64,000 bases of DNA from Sedimenticolaceae bacterium (GTDB lineage: Bacteria; Pseudomonadota; Gammaproteobacteria; Chromatiales; Chromatiaceae). Location: the NCBI GenBank assembly GCA_050287725.1, contig JBNKCL010000008.1, positions 2,129 through 66,128 on the forward strand, in the 5' to 3' direction. Below, one piece after another: positions 9,218 to 17,582 of the stretch. The notes below the pieces were generated by a model. That model had not been told where the DNA came from. It ran no database searches and saw nothing but the letters and a program-made list of their open reading frames with translations. Numbering within the stretch: the stretch's first letter is position 1; every line of letters begins with the position of its first letter. A program made the position numbers and the translations under genes.

Positions 9218-9640
9218 TTAACCCGGGATAAGCCCGCCGTTTCTCGGGAGAATCAGACGGGGATTCTGATCCGGAAAGCAGAAACCACTGTACAGTTTCG
9301 TCATCGTCTGTCCGCCGTCGAAGGAGCCCTCATGAATATTGAGGATAATTGTTTGCGTATCTATGTCTTGGACCATTTCAGATAGCCCGGGGATTACGTC
9401 ATTGGGGCGAAGCTCTCTTCCAACAGGCGTAATCATGTGGGTGGGGAATTTCGGTGCAAGTCGTCTGACGGCCGTCCACAGGTCGGGGTGGCATCTTCCC
9501 ACACACTCATCCAAAAAATCAGAAGTGATGTATTCCCGGTAAGCGAAGGGAACAGCGAGGAACCCGCAGGTAACAGATTGGGGACGAATCTGAATCGCGC
9601 CCTCAGTATCAGACATATTATGTATTTGACGCTCGCTCAT
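9218..9640 (-). CDS. hypothetical protein (island gene 10)
   Basis: ATG at 9640 (MSERQIH) is preceded by AAGGAG with a 5-nt spacer. No family recognised. Confidence 0.5.
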   Translation of the reverse strand: MSERQIHNMSDTEGAIQIRPQSVTCGFLAVPFAYREYITSDFLDECVGRCHPDLWTAVRRLAPKFPTHMITPVGRELRPNDVIPGLSEMVQDIDTQTIILNIHEGSFDGGQTMTKLYSGFCFPDQNPRLILPRNGGLIPG

Positions 9641-9967
9641 ATGTGCTCCTTTTTGCACAGCAACTGGTGATACTAATCAGGGACTACCGCCGGATGGGTC
9701 ACGAACAGCAGCATATTCACAAGCGCGGTTACATTCATACCTTCCGTCGCTGGGGACGGCTGCGGTGGTACCGCATCCTGCTGCTTATTTGCCTTATTTC
9801 CATGCGCTAAATACGTTAGCAGATTAACCCTGCCGGTTGCCAGTGATTTCCCATTTCCCGCATTGCCACAGTTGAACCGATGCACACCCGTCACCGCCGC
9901 TGTCCCGGATCATCGGATTCCGCTACACTCCCTCCCATTCCGTTATCTGTATATTTTAATAAATAAG

Positions 9968-11938
9968 ATGAAAAGCCTTTGGAACGATAAAGAAGCGGCG
10001 CCTTACCTGAACGATGATCTTGCCCTGCGTGTTTACACCTCGCGGCTGCTGGGCCGGGAACCGAATCTGGTGCTGCACGGGGGCGGCAATACCTCGGTGA
10101 AGAGCAGGGCCGCCGATCTGTTCGGCCAACAGGAGGATATCCTGTTCGTGAAGGGCAGCGGCTGGGACCTGGCCACCATCGAGGCCCCCGGCTTCGCTCC
10201 GGTGAGGATGAAGACCCTGTTGCAGATGGCGGAGCTTAAGGAGCTCAGCGACAGCGACATGGTGAAGGGCCAGCGGGCGGCCATGACCGACCCCTTTGCC
10301 CCCAACCCCTCGGTGGAGGCAATCCTGCATGCGGTGATTCCCTTTAAATTTGTCGATCACACCCACACCGATGCGGTAGTGACCATCACCAATACCCCGG
10401 ATGGAGAGACCCGTATCCGTGACCTCTACGGCGACCGGGTGATGATCGTGCCCTTTGCCATGGCGGGGTTCGTCCTGGCCCGCAATATCCATGAGATGTG
10501 CCGGGGGGTCGATTGGGGGAAGCTGGAGGGCATGGTGCTGATGAATCACGGGGTCTTCACCTTCAGCGACGACGCCCGGGAGAGCTATGAACGGATGATC
10601 CGGCTGGTGTCCGAGGCCGAGAAATATCTGGAACGGAACAACGCCCTGGTGACCCCGCAAACCGCCGTCGCCGATGAGGATCTGCAAACGCTGGCGCTGA
10701 TCCGTCGGGAGGTTTCCGCCGCCCGCGGGGGCGCCGTCATCGCCCGCTGGGACCGGGACCCGGAGTCCCTTGAGTTCTCCAACCTGTCGGATGCCCCGGA
10801 ACTGGTGAGCCGGGGACCCCTTACCCCGGATCATGTGATCCGCACCAAACGCACGCCGGTGGTTATCGGTGAGGCGCCGGTACAGGATATCGCCGGTTAC
10901 GTGGCCGGCTACCGGGACTATTTTCAACGCAACAACGACGGCAGCCTGACCTGCCTCAACCCCGCCCCCTGCTGGGCGGTCTGGCCCGGCTACGGCTGTA
11001 TCAGCTTCGGCCGCAGCAAAAAAGAGGCGGACATCGTCTCCGACATCAAGGCCCATACCCTGCCCGCCATACGCTCGGCGGAACACCTGGGAGGCTGGCA
11101 GGCCCTGCCGGAGGAAGAGATCTTCCGCATGGAATACTGGGAACTGGAGCAGGCCAAACTAGGCAAGGGCAAAACGGAAAAGCCCCTGCAGGGCAAGGTG
11201 GCGCTGGTAACCGGTGCGGCCGGCGGCATCGGCCTGGCCTGCGTCGAGGCGTTGCATGCCCAGGGCGCCGCGGTGGTGGCCCTGGACCTGAATCCCTCGG
11301 TTACCGGGCAGTTTGCCCAAAAAGAGCTAAAGGGCGTGGTTTGCGACGTAACGAGCGAGGAGCAGATCCGGGAAGCGGTGGCGGAGGCGGTGCGCACCTT
11401 CGGCGGGCTGGATATCCTGATCAGCAATGCCGGCGCCTTCCTGGCCAGCGAGACCATTGATGTCATGGCCAACGAGAGCTGGGACAAAAGCCTGGATGTA
11501 AACCTCACCAGCCACCAGCGGCTGCTCAAGGCCTGTACCCCTTATCTGAAACTGGGGATAGACCCGGCGGTGGTGATGATCGCCTCCAAGAACGTCCCGG
11601 CCCCCGGCCCCGGCGCCGCGGCCTACTCGGTGGCCAAGGCGGGACAGACCCAGCTCGCCCGCGTAGCGGCCCTGGAGCTCGGGAAGTTCGGGGTGCGGGT
11701 CAATGTGCTGCATCCGGACGCGGTGTTCGATACCGCCATCTGGACCCCCGAGGTGCTGGCCAAGCGGGCGGAACATTACGGGATGACGGTGGAGGAGTAC
11801 AAGACCAAGAATCTCCTGCGGACGGAGGTGCGCTCCCGGGATGTGGCCGCCCTGGCCTGCGCCATGGCGGGCCCGCTCTTCTCCCGCACCACCGGGGCGC
11901 AGGTGCCCATCGACGGCGGAAACGACAGGGTCATCTGA
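9968..11938 (+). CDS. bifunctional class II aldolase/adducin-domain plus short-chain dehydrogenase protein (rhamnulose-1-phosphate aldolase/alcohol dehydrogenase-like)
   Basis: ATG at 9968 (MKSLWNDKEAAPYLND). N-terminal aldolase-like region. C-terminal SDR with VALVTGAAGGIG and YSVAKAG motifs. Confidence 0.85.
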   Translation: MKSLWNDKEAAPYLNDDLALRVYTSRLLGREPNLVLHGGGNTSVKSRAADLFGQQEDILFVKGSGWDLATIEAPGFAPVRMKTLLQMAELKELSDSDMVKGQRAAMTDPFAPNPSVEAILHAVIPFKFVDHTHTDAVVTITNTPDGETRIRDLYGDRVMIVPFAMAGFVLARNIHEMCRGVDWGKLEGMVLMNHGVFTFSDDARESYERMIRLVSEAEKYLERNNALVTPQTAVADEDLQTLALIRREVSAARGGAVIARWDRDPESLEFSNLSDAPELVSRGPLTPDHVIRTKRTPVVIGEAPVQDIAGYVAGYRDYFQRNNDGSLTCLNPAPCWAVWPGYGCISFGRSKKEADIVSDIKAHTLPAIRSAEHLGGWQALPEEEIFRMEYWELEQAKLGKGKTEKPLQGKVALVTGAAGGIGLACVEALHAQGAAVVALDLNPSVTGQFAQKELKGVVCDVTSEEQIREAVAEAVRTFGGLDILISNAGAFLASETIDVMANESWDKSLDVNLTSHQRLLKACTPYLKLGIDPAVVMIASKNVPAPGPGAAAYSVAKAGQTQLARVAALELGKFGVRVNVLHPDAVFDTAIWTPEVLAKRAEHYGMTVEEYKTKNLLRTEVRSRDVAALACAMAGPLFSRTTGAQVPIDGGNDRVI

Positions 11939-11939
11939 C

Positions 11940-12920
11940 ATGGCGCTACTTTCAGGAGATATCGGCGGCACCAAGACCCGGCTGGCGCTGCTTCGACAGG
12001 GAGAATCCGGCCTTGAGATCGTCCGGGAAGAGACCTACCCCAGCGGCGACTTCAGTTCACTGACCCATATCGTCCGCCTGTTCCTTGAGACCTGTGACGG
12101 CCCGCTCTCGGGGGCGGGGTTCGGTCTGGCCGGTCCTATCCGGGAGCGCCGCTGCAAAACCACCAACCTGCCGTGGCTGATCGACGCCGATGAACTGGAA
12201 AGAGAGCTGGGCATCCCGAGGGTGGCACTGCTCAACGACCTGGAGGCCGTCGCCTGGGGATTGCAAGCCCTGAATGAAGAGGCGTTGCTTACGTTGCAGC
12301 AAGGGGCCGAACACCCGCGGGGCAACCGCTCCGTCCTGGCCGCCGGCACCGGCCTGGGTGAAGCGGGACTCTTTTGGGACGGGGAGGGGTATCACCCCTT
12401 CGCCACCGAAGGAGGCCACTGCAATCTGGCCCCGACCACGCCCCTGCAGTTTGAACTCCTGCAGTATCTGCAGCGCACCCTCTCCCGCGCCACCTGGGAG
12501 GACGTGGTCTCCGGACCGGGTTTGGTCACCCTCTATCGCTTTCTGCTTCAGCGCTCCAACACCGCTCCTCCGGACTGGTTTCTCTCCGCGGAGTCAGCGG
12601 GTGATGCGGCCGCGGCCGTCGCCCTTAAGGCCGATTCCGGGCAGGACCCGTTCGCCTTCGACGCCTTGCAGGAGTTCGTTCGTTTGCTGGCGGCGGAGGC
12701 GGGCAACCTGGCTCTCAAACATATGGCCACGGGCGGTCTCTATATCGGCGGGGGTATCGCCCCGAAGATTCTGCCCTGGCTGCAGCGTCCCCTGTTCCTT
12801 GAAACCTTTTGTGATAAAGGCAAGATGCGACCGCTGATGGACACCATCCCTGTCCATGTCATCCTCGATGACCGGGTGGCGCTCTACGGCCCGGCGCTGT
12901 TCCTAGAGCATCACAAATAG
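11940..12920 (+). CDS. glk: glucokinase
   Basis: ATG at 11940, 1 nt after the upstream stop. MALLSGDIGGTKTRLAL ATP-binding motif. About 326 aa, typical for bacterial Glk. Confidence 0.85.
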   Translation: MALLSGDIGGTKTRLALLRQGESGLEIVREETYPSGDFSSLTHIVRLFLETCDGPLSGAGFGLAGPIRERRCKTTNLPWLIDADELERELGIPRVALLNDLEAVAWGLQALNEEALLTLQQGAEHPRGNRSVLAAGTGLGEAGLFWDGEGYHPFATEGGHCNLAPTTPLQFELLQYLQRTLSRATWEDVVSGPGLVTLYRFLLQRSNTAPPDWFLSAESAGDAAAAVALKADSGQDPFAFDALQEFVRLLAAEAGNLALKHMATGGLYIGGGIAPKILPWLQRPLFLETFCDKGKMRPLMDTIPVHVILDDRVALYGPALFLEHHK

Positions 12921-12953
12921 CCACTTCTAAGGAATTTGAAAAGAGGCAATCTC

Positions 12954-13577
12954 CTACAGGGCCCCGTATTCCTTGAGGAGTTCGTGAACCCTCTCCGCCA
13001 GCCGCCGGTAACCCGCGCCGTTCAGGTGAATGGGATCCGACTTGAACGCCTGGCTTGTCTCCAGATCCGGCAGGATCTCCCCGTCAAAGGGGATGTGAAA
13101 CTCCTCCGCCAGCCGTTGGTAATAGGGCTCGCTGTCCGGCAGTAACAGGGAAAACTCCGGCACCCCGATCAGCACCACATCGATCGACCTGTCCCTGGCC
13201 GCCTTGATCATGGCACGCAGGTTCTCCTCGGCCTGCCCCTTCGGCAGGTGCCGCAGGATGTCGTTGCCGCCGTGACAGAGCACCAGGAGTTGCGGCTTCA
13301 GTTCATCCAGGAGTGGCGGCAGCCGCTTGCGTCCCTGTGCCGACACCTCCCCCGGCACACCGGCATTGACCACCCGCCGGCCGCTCAACCGTTGCAGCAC
13401 ATCCGGATAGCTTTCCCCCTTTCTCGCCCCGGTACCCCAGGTCAGGCTATCGCCGAAGGCGAGGATAACCGCGTCCGGCTCCAGGTATCCCAGATGCGGC
13501 GGCGGTTCCCCGCAGGAGGTCAGCAGCAGACAGAACAACAGCCGCCCGAAAACTTTGATTGGCCTGATCATAAGCAA
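12954..13577 (-). CDS. SGNH/GDSL arylesterase-lysophospholipase (TesA-like), predicted lipoprotein
   Basis: ILAFGDSLTWG block I, GGND block III, and an N-terminal LLLTSC lipobox. Confidence 0.8.
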   Translation of the reverse strand: MLMIRPIKVFGRLLFCLLLTSCGEPPPHLGYLEPDAVILAFGDSLTWGTGARKGESYPDVLQRLSGRRVVNAGVPGEVSAQGRKRLPPLLDELKPQLLVLCHGGNDILRHLPKGQAEENLRAMIKAARDRSIDVVLIGVPEFSLLLPDSEPYYQRLAEEFHIPFDGEILPDLETSQAFKSDPIHLNGAGYRRLAERVHELLKEYGAL

Positions 13578-13717
13578 TAAATGGGCATCAGGGACAACAA
13601 ACCTCCCGCCCCTTACCCTACATTCCAGCAGGATATGGGTCGAGTTTTCCTATGCTAAGATAGACCTAGAGTATAGATTTTCGCCCGACATTATCATCTT
13701 CAGCACTACTCTCAGCT

Positions 13718-14149
13718 ATGCCTTCCGTCGCCAGAAATATGACCACGCAACTGACCCTGATCGAAAGCGAATACGCCTGCCTCTGGCATTACCCGGAAGA
13801 GGGCATCGTTCATCACCGGCTGCTGCAGCCGGTTTCCAGCGACACCTTCCGCAATGTGTTGATGACCGGATTGGGCCTGATGACGGAGCATGGCGCACGG
13901 AAATGGCTTTCCGATGACCGCGGGAATTCCATTCTTTCCGCGGATGACAGCGCCTGGTCACAGGAGTACTGGTTGCCCCGGGCTCTGGGGGCGGGCTGGA
14001 AATGCTGGGCGGTACTGCCGCCCACCAGGGCCCGCGGCCAGCTGAACATGGCACGCCTGATGGAGTTCGTGGGCGAGATGAGCGGTGTCAGAATCGAGAT
14101 CTTCTCCGACCCCGACGAGGCCTGGCGGTGGTTGGCAGATCAAGGATAG
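13718..14149 (+). CDS. hypothetical protein
   Basis: 143-aa ORF with coding-like composition. No family recognised with confidence. Confidence 0.45.
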   Translation: MPSVARNMTTQLTLIESEYACLWHYPEEGIVHHRLLQPVSSDTFRNVLMTGLGLMTEHGARKWLSDDRGNSILSADDSAWSQEYWLPRALGAGWKCWAVLPPTRARGQLNMARLMEFVGEMSGVRIEIFSDPDEAWRWLADQG

Positions 14150-14171
14150 GCGGACAAAATCCGGCCTCGGC

Positions 14172-14284
14172 TTACCAACCCCGAGAGCACAGAGAAAAAT
14201 CCGGCTGAATACCCAATGTGGCTGGACAATCTCAAAAGCTGCCTGCGTCAATAACCCCGTGGCCTCTGGGTCCCCCGTGGTTAA
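14172..14284 (+). repeat. CACAGAG-type inverted-repeat element, copy 1 (about 113 bp)
   Basis: Left end TTACCAACCCCGAGAGCACAGAG and right end CCCCGTGGCCTCTGGGTCCCCCGTGGTTAA. Both ends align by eye with copy 2 at 15322..15432 in the same orientation. Confidence 0.4.
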
Positions 14285-14307
14285 AAAATAAGCGCTGCCG
14301 GCAGGGA

Positions 14308-15222
14308 TCAGGCGCAGCTGTCCGGATCGCACGTCGATTCGTCGTCCGTGTATTTCTCATCCTCCCGCTGCTGCTGACGGGCGATCTCGGCCTGGCGACG
14401 GGCCTCCCATACCTCCTGACGCTGCTCGACCCGCTGCTCCCATACGCCGTCTTTCTCCGCGATGGTGCGCTCGCCGAAAAAAGCCTGTTTCATGAAACGC
14501 ACGCCGAACTGCATCAGGGCGATGTCTTCCTTCTCCAGGACCTCGTAGGTGGAATCGTCGACATCGTAGGTGGCGCGGAACTGATCGCTCATCACGAAGC
14601 GGCGAAACCGGTCCATATCGAAGGAGGCCATAAAAAACAGCTGCAGGGTGGCCTCCGGAAGCTGACCGATGCTGGGTCCGGAGGACTTCTTCTTCAGCAT
14701 GATCTGCAACCACTCCCTGTTGTACCCGTCGTAATCCACGATACCGAGGTCCTTGCGGTACTCTTTGATGGTGCGCACCCGATCCTCTTCATGGCCCTTG
14801 CAGTGCTCCTCTCTGACCAGGAAATAGTAGGCCTCGTCGGTCTTGGCATCCGCCATTTTCATCGCCATGTGGCCGAGAGGATAGTAACGGCAGGCGGTGG
14901 GACGGTCGGAATAGATACTGCAACCCTCGTCGGTGACAAACAGGCAGGCGCCGTCGTCATCGGTGCGGAGTTTGATCCCCGGGATACCGTCCTGGTCCAT
15001 CCGGTAGGGCACCGTGTGGGCCTTCAGAAACTCCGAGGAGCCCATACCCAGCCGGTCTTTCATACGGATCACGTCATACGGAGTCAGGGTGACATCCGCC
15101 CGCTTACAGCAGGCGTTCCAGCAGGAAATCCCGGGGCGGCAGTCAAAACGAAGCTCGGAGCCGAGCTCCAGCTTCTGCGGCACCATATCGCTCTGGTGGG
15201 GAAGATCGAATTTCTCGCTCAT
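14308..15222 (-). CDS. YkgJ/UPF0153-family Cys-cluster protein with a long charged C-terminal extension ending in CDPDSCA
   Basis: FDCRPGISCWNACC and GACLFVTDEGCSIYSDRPTACRYYP motifs. 304 aa. Lies downstream of aprBA on the same strand. Confidence 0.7.
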   Translation of the reverse strand: MSEKFDLPHQSDMVPQKLELGSELRFDCRPGISCWNACCKRADVTLTPYDVIRMKDRLGMGSSEFLKAHTVPYRMDQDGIPGIKLRTDDDGACLFVTDEGCSIYSDRPTACRYYPLGHMAMKMADAKTDEAYYFLVREEHCKGHEEDRVRTIKEYRKDLGIVDYDGYNREWLQIMLKKKSSGPSIGQLPEATLQLFFMASFDMDRFRRFVMSDQFRATYDVDDSTYEVLEKEDIALMQFGVRFMKQAFFGERTIAEKDGVWEQRVEQRQEVWEARRQAEIARQQQREDEKYTDDESTCDPDSCA

Positions 15223-15321
15223 GGGTGGCGGCCTTTAATAACCAAAATCATTTATAGAGACAGTAATCCGCAACTGTAATCTATATATTTTAACATTTGC
15301 CTATTCTGGATATTTCATGAT

Positions 15322-15432
15322 TTACCACGGAGAGCACAGGGATACACAGAGATATCCTCAATAGAGGTCTTGGCTTTGACACCAAATATACATTGATTCC
15401 TCTGCGAATCCCTGTGACCTCTGTGGTGAAAC
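15322..15432 (+). repeat. CACAGAG-type inverted-repeat element, copy 2 (about 111 bp)
   Basis: Terminal inverted repeats CCACGGAGAGCACAGGGAT (15325-15343) and ATCCCTGTGACCTCTGTGG (15408-15426). Intergenic, between the aprA terminator and the ykgJ-like start. Confidence 0.5.
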
Positions 15433-15471
15433 AAACAAGCTAACCAGACACTACTCGAATGGCGTCTAACG

Positions 15472-15504
15472 AAAAAAAGTCCGGGTGCCTCGCGACACCC
15501 GGAC
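15472..15504 (-). terminator. Rho-independent terminator of aprBA
   Basis: On the minus strand, GTCCGGGTG-tcgcgagg-CACCCGGAC is followed by TTTTTTT, about 30 nt after the aprA stop. Confidence 0.7.
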
Positions 15505-15535
15505 TCAGTCAAGCCTTCAGGCTGTCAAATAACGC

Positions 15536-17524
15536 TTACTTGAACAGCTTGGACTTGTCGACCAGATCCACATGTGCCCGCTTGAAGCACTTGAAGGTCT
15601 TGGCCTCTTTGTCGTAGATGGAGTTCACGAAGCACTTCCAGTTTTCTTCGTCCACGAAGTTCTTGTCCATGCGGTAGTAGAAGCCCGGGTAACGGGATTC
15701 TTCACGGAACTGGATGTGTTTCATGTGCGCTTCCGCGGTAAGGATGCGGTGGTAGTTCTCCCAGGCCCGCAGCAGTTCGTGCAGGTCTTTGGCGCGCATC
15801 TTCCTGGCGTCTTCCTTCAGGTCCTGAAGCTTCTCCTCCGCCACGGCGAGCATGTGCTCGTTGGTGGTGTAGTAGGTTGCAACACCGGCAACGTACTCGT
15901 CCATCAGCTTCTGCAGACGGAACTGCAGCATGCGCGGGGTGACGTAGTTCGGGTTTACGTCGATGGCGGTAGAGTAGTCCTTGAACTCCAGGAAGTTGCG
16001 GACCGGACGGTAGATCTCTTCGATCAGCTCGTCCACGGAGGTTTCCAGCTCAGGCTTCCAGTCCTTGTTGTCCATCACGAACTGCACCATGCCCTTGGCC
16101 GCAATACGGCCTTCGGCGTGGGAGCCGGAGGAGAACTTGTGACCGGAGGCGCCGACACCGTCAGCAGCGGTGAACAGACCACGTACGGTGGTCATGCCAC
16201 GGTAACCCCAGCTCCAACCACTCGGCAGGTGCTCGGGGATGCCGCCTTCGGCTTCGTCGGTGGGAGCGCCCAGATCTTCCGGACCGGAGACCCAGATGCC
16301 GCAGCAACCGGAGTGGGAACCCAGCAGGTACGGTTCGGTAGGCATCAGCTCGGAGTTCTTCTTCTCCGGCTCGATGTTCTCACCGGCCCAGATACCGCAC
16401 TGACCGACACACATATCGAGGAAGTCTTCCCAGGCTTCGGCTTCCAGATGCTTCACCTCGCGGGGAGACAGGGTCTCACGCAGGTTGGCGAGAGCGGTCA
16501 CGGTGTCCATCCAGATGGGACCGCGGCCTTCTTTCATCTCTTTCAGCATCAAGTGGTTACGCAGGCAGGAAGCGGGAACCGCGGCCTGACCATACGGAGG
16601 ATAATCGTTCAGCATATCCTTGTTGCGAACCATGTAGACTTCGCCGAAGGCGTTGGTGGCCTGGGACTTGAACAGCAGGAACCAGGCGCCAACCGGACCG
16701 TAACCGTCCTTGAAGCGGGCGGGTACGAAGCGGTTTTCCATCATGGTCAGCTCGGCGCCGGCCTCGGCGGCCATGGCGTAGGTGGAACCGGCGTTCCACA
16801 CCGGATACCAGGCGCGGCCCTGACCTTCACCCACGGAGCGGGGACGGAAGATGTTCACACAGCCGCCGGCCACCAGCAGGCAAGCCTTGAACTTGTAAAC
16901 GAACAGCTTGTGATCGCGGACGGAGAAACCGACGGCACCGGCGACGCGGTTCTTGTCGTTCTTGTCGTTGACCAGCTTCACGATGAAGATACGCTCCTGG
17001 ATGTTTTCCATACCCAGGGCCTTCTTGGCGGCCTCGGCGACGATCCACTTGTAGGATTCACCGTTGATCATGATCTGCCACTTACCGGAACGTACCGGCT
17101 TGCCGCCGTCGGCCAGGGAAGTCATGCCCTGGGCGCCGTCGTGACGCTCGCCGTTCTCGTCAATCTTCCAGATCGGCAGACCCCACTCCTCGAACAGGTG
17201 CACGGACTCGTCCACGTGGCGGCCCAGGTCATAGGCCAGGTCGTCACGGGTGATGCCCATCAGGTCGTTGGAGACCATACGGGCGTAGTCGGCAGGATCC
17301 TGCTCGGGGCCGATATAGGTGTTAATTGCGGACAGACCCTGGGCCACGGCACCGGAACGGTCCATAGCAGCCTTGTCCACCAGCTTGATCTTGATGTCGC
17401 CGCCGGCGGCTTGTACCCAAGGACCAATCTCGTATGCGGCACCACAGGCGCCCATACCACCGCCGATTATGAGGATATCAACCTCTTCTTCGACGACTTC
17501 AGGATTTCCAAATTCTCCAGCCAT
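15536..17524 (-). CDS. aprA: adenylylsulfate (APS) reductase alpha subunit
   Basis: 662 aa. N-terminal FAD motif DILIIGGGMGACGAA. Length and overall sequence are characteristic of AprA, and it sits directly downstream of aprB. Confidence 0.95.
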   Translation of the reverse strand: MAGEFGNPEVVEEEVDILIIGGGMGACGAAYEIGPWVQAAGGDIKIKLVDKAAMDRSGAVAQGLSAINTYIGPEQDPADYARMVSNDLMGITRDDLAYDLGRHVDESVHLFEEWGLPIWKIDENGERHDGAQGMTSLADGGKPVRSGKWQIMINGESYKWIVAEAAKKALGMENIQERIFIVKLVNDKNDKNRVAGAVGFSVRDHKLFVYKFKACLLVAGGCVNIFRPRSVGEGQGRAWYPVWNAGSTYAMAAEAGAELTMMENRFVPARFKDGYGPVGAWFLLFKSQATNAFGEVYMVRNKDMLNDYPPYGQAAVPASCLRNHLMLKEMKEGRGPIWMDTVTALANLRETLSPREVKHLEAEAWEDFLDMCVGQCGIWAGENIEPEKKNSELMPTEPYLLGSHSGCCGIWVSGPEDLGAPTDEAEGGIPEHLPSGWSWGYRGMTTVRGLFTAADGVGASGHKFSSGSHAEGRIAAKGMVQFVMDNKDWKPELETSVDELIEEIYRPVRNFLEFKDYSTAIDVNPNYVTPRMLQFRLQKLMDEYVAGVATYYTTNEHMLAVAEEKLQDLKEDARKMRAKDLHELLRAWENYHRILTAEAHMKHIQFREESRYPGFYYRMDKNFVDEENWKCFVNSIYDKEAKTFKCFKRAHVDLVDKSKLFK

Positions 17525-17582
17525 TTGTAATTACCTCGTAATAGAATCTGTAACTAAAAGGGGTTCGTCTTTGAAACCCTGA

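Noticed and set aside
9673-9894. 73-aa minus-strand ORF at the right border of the island.
   Set aside because: It has no ribosome-binding site, an odd composition, and overlaps the upstream region of the aldolase/SDR gene. There is not enough evidence to call it a gene.
4198-9967. The idea that the lower-GC block is a prophage remnant, an integrative element or a transposon.
   Set aside because: There is no integrase, recombinase, transposase, phage structural gene or adjacent tRNA. I could not find convincing direct repeats at the two borders. Only a weak GATC..GG..ATTCC resemblance is present.
15572-17530. 652-aa ORF antisense to aprA.
   Set aside because: The reasoning is the same. aprA on the opposite strand is certain, and the antisense translation is Val/Gly/His/Leu-rich with no motifs.
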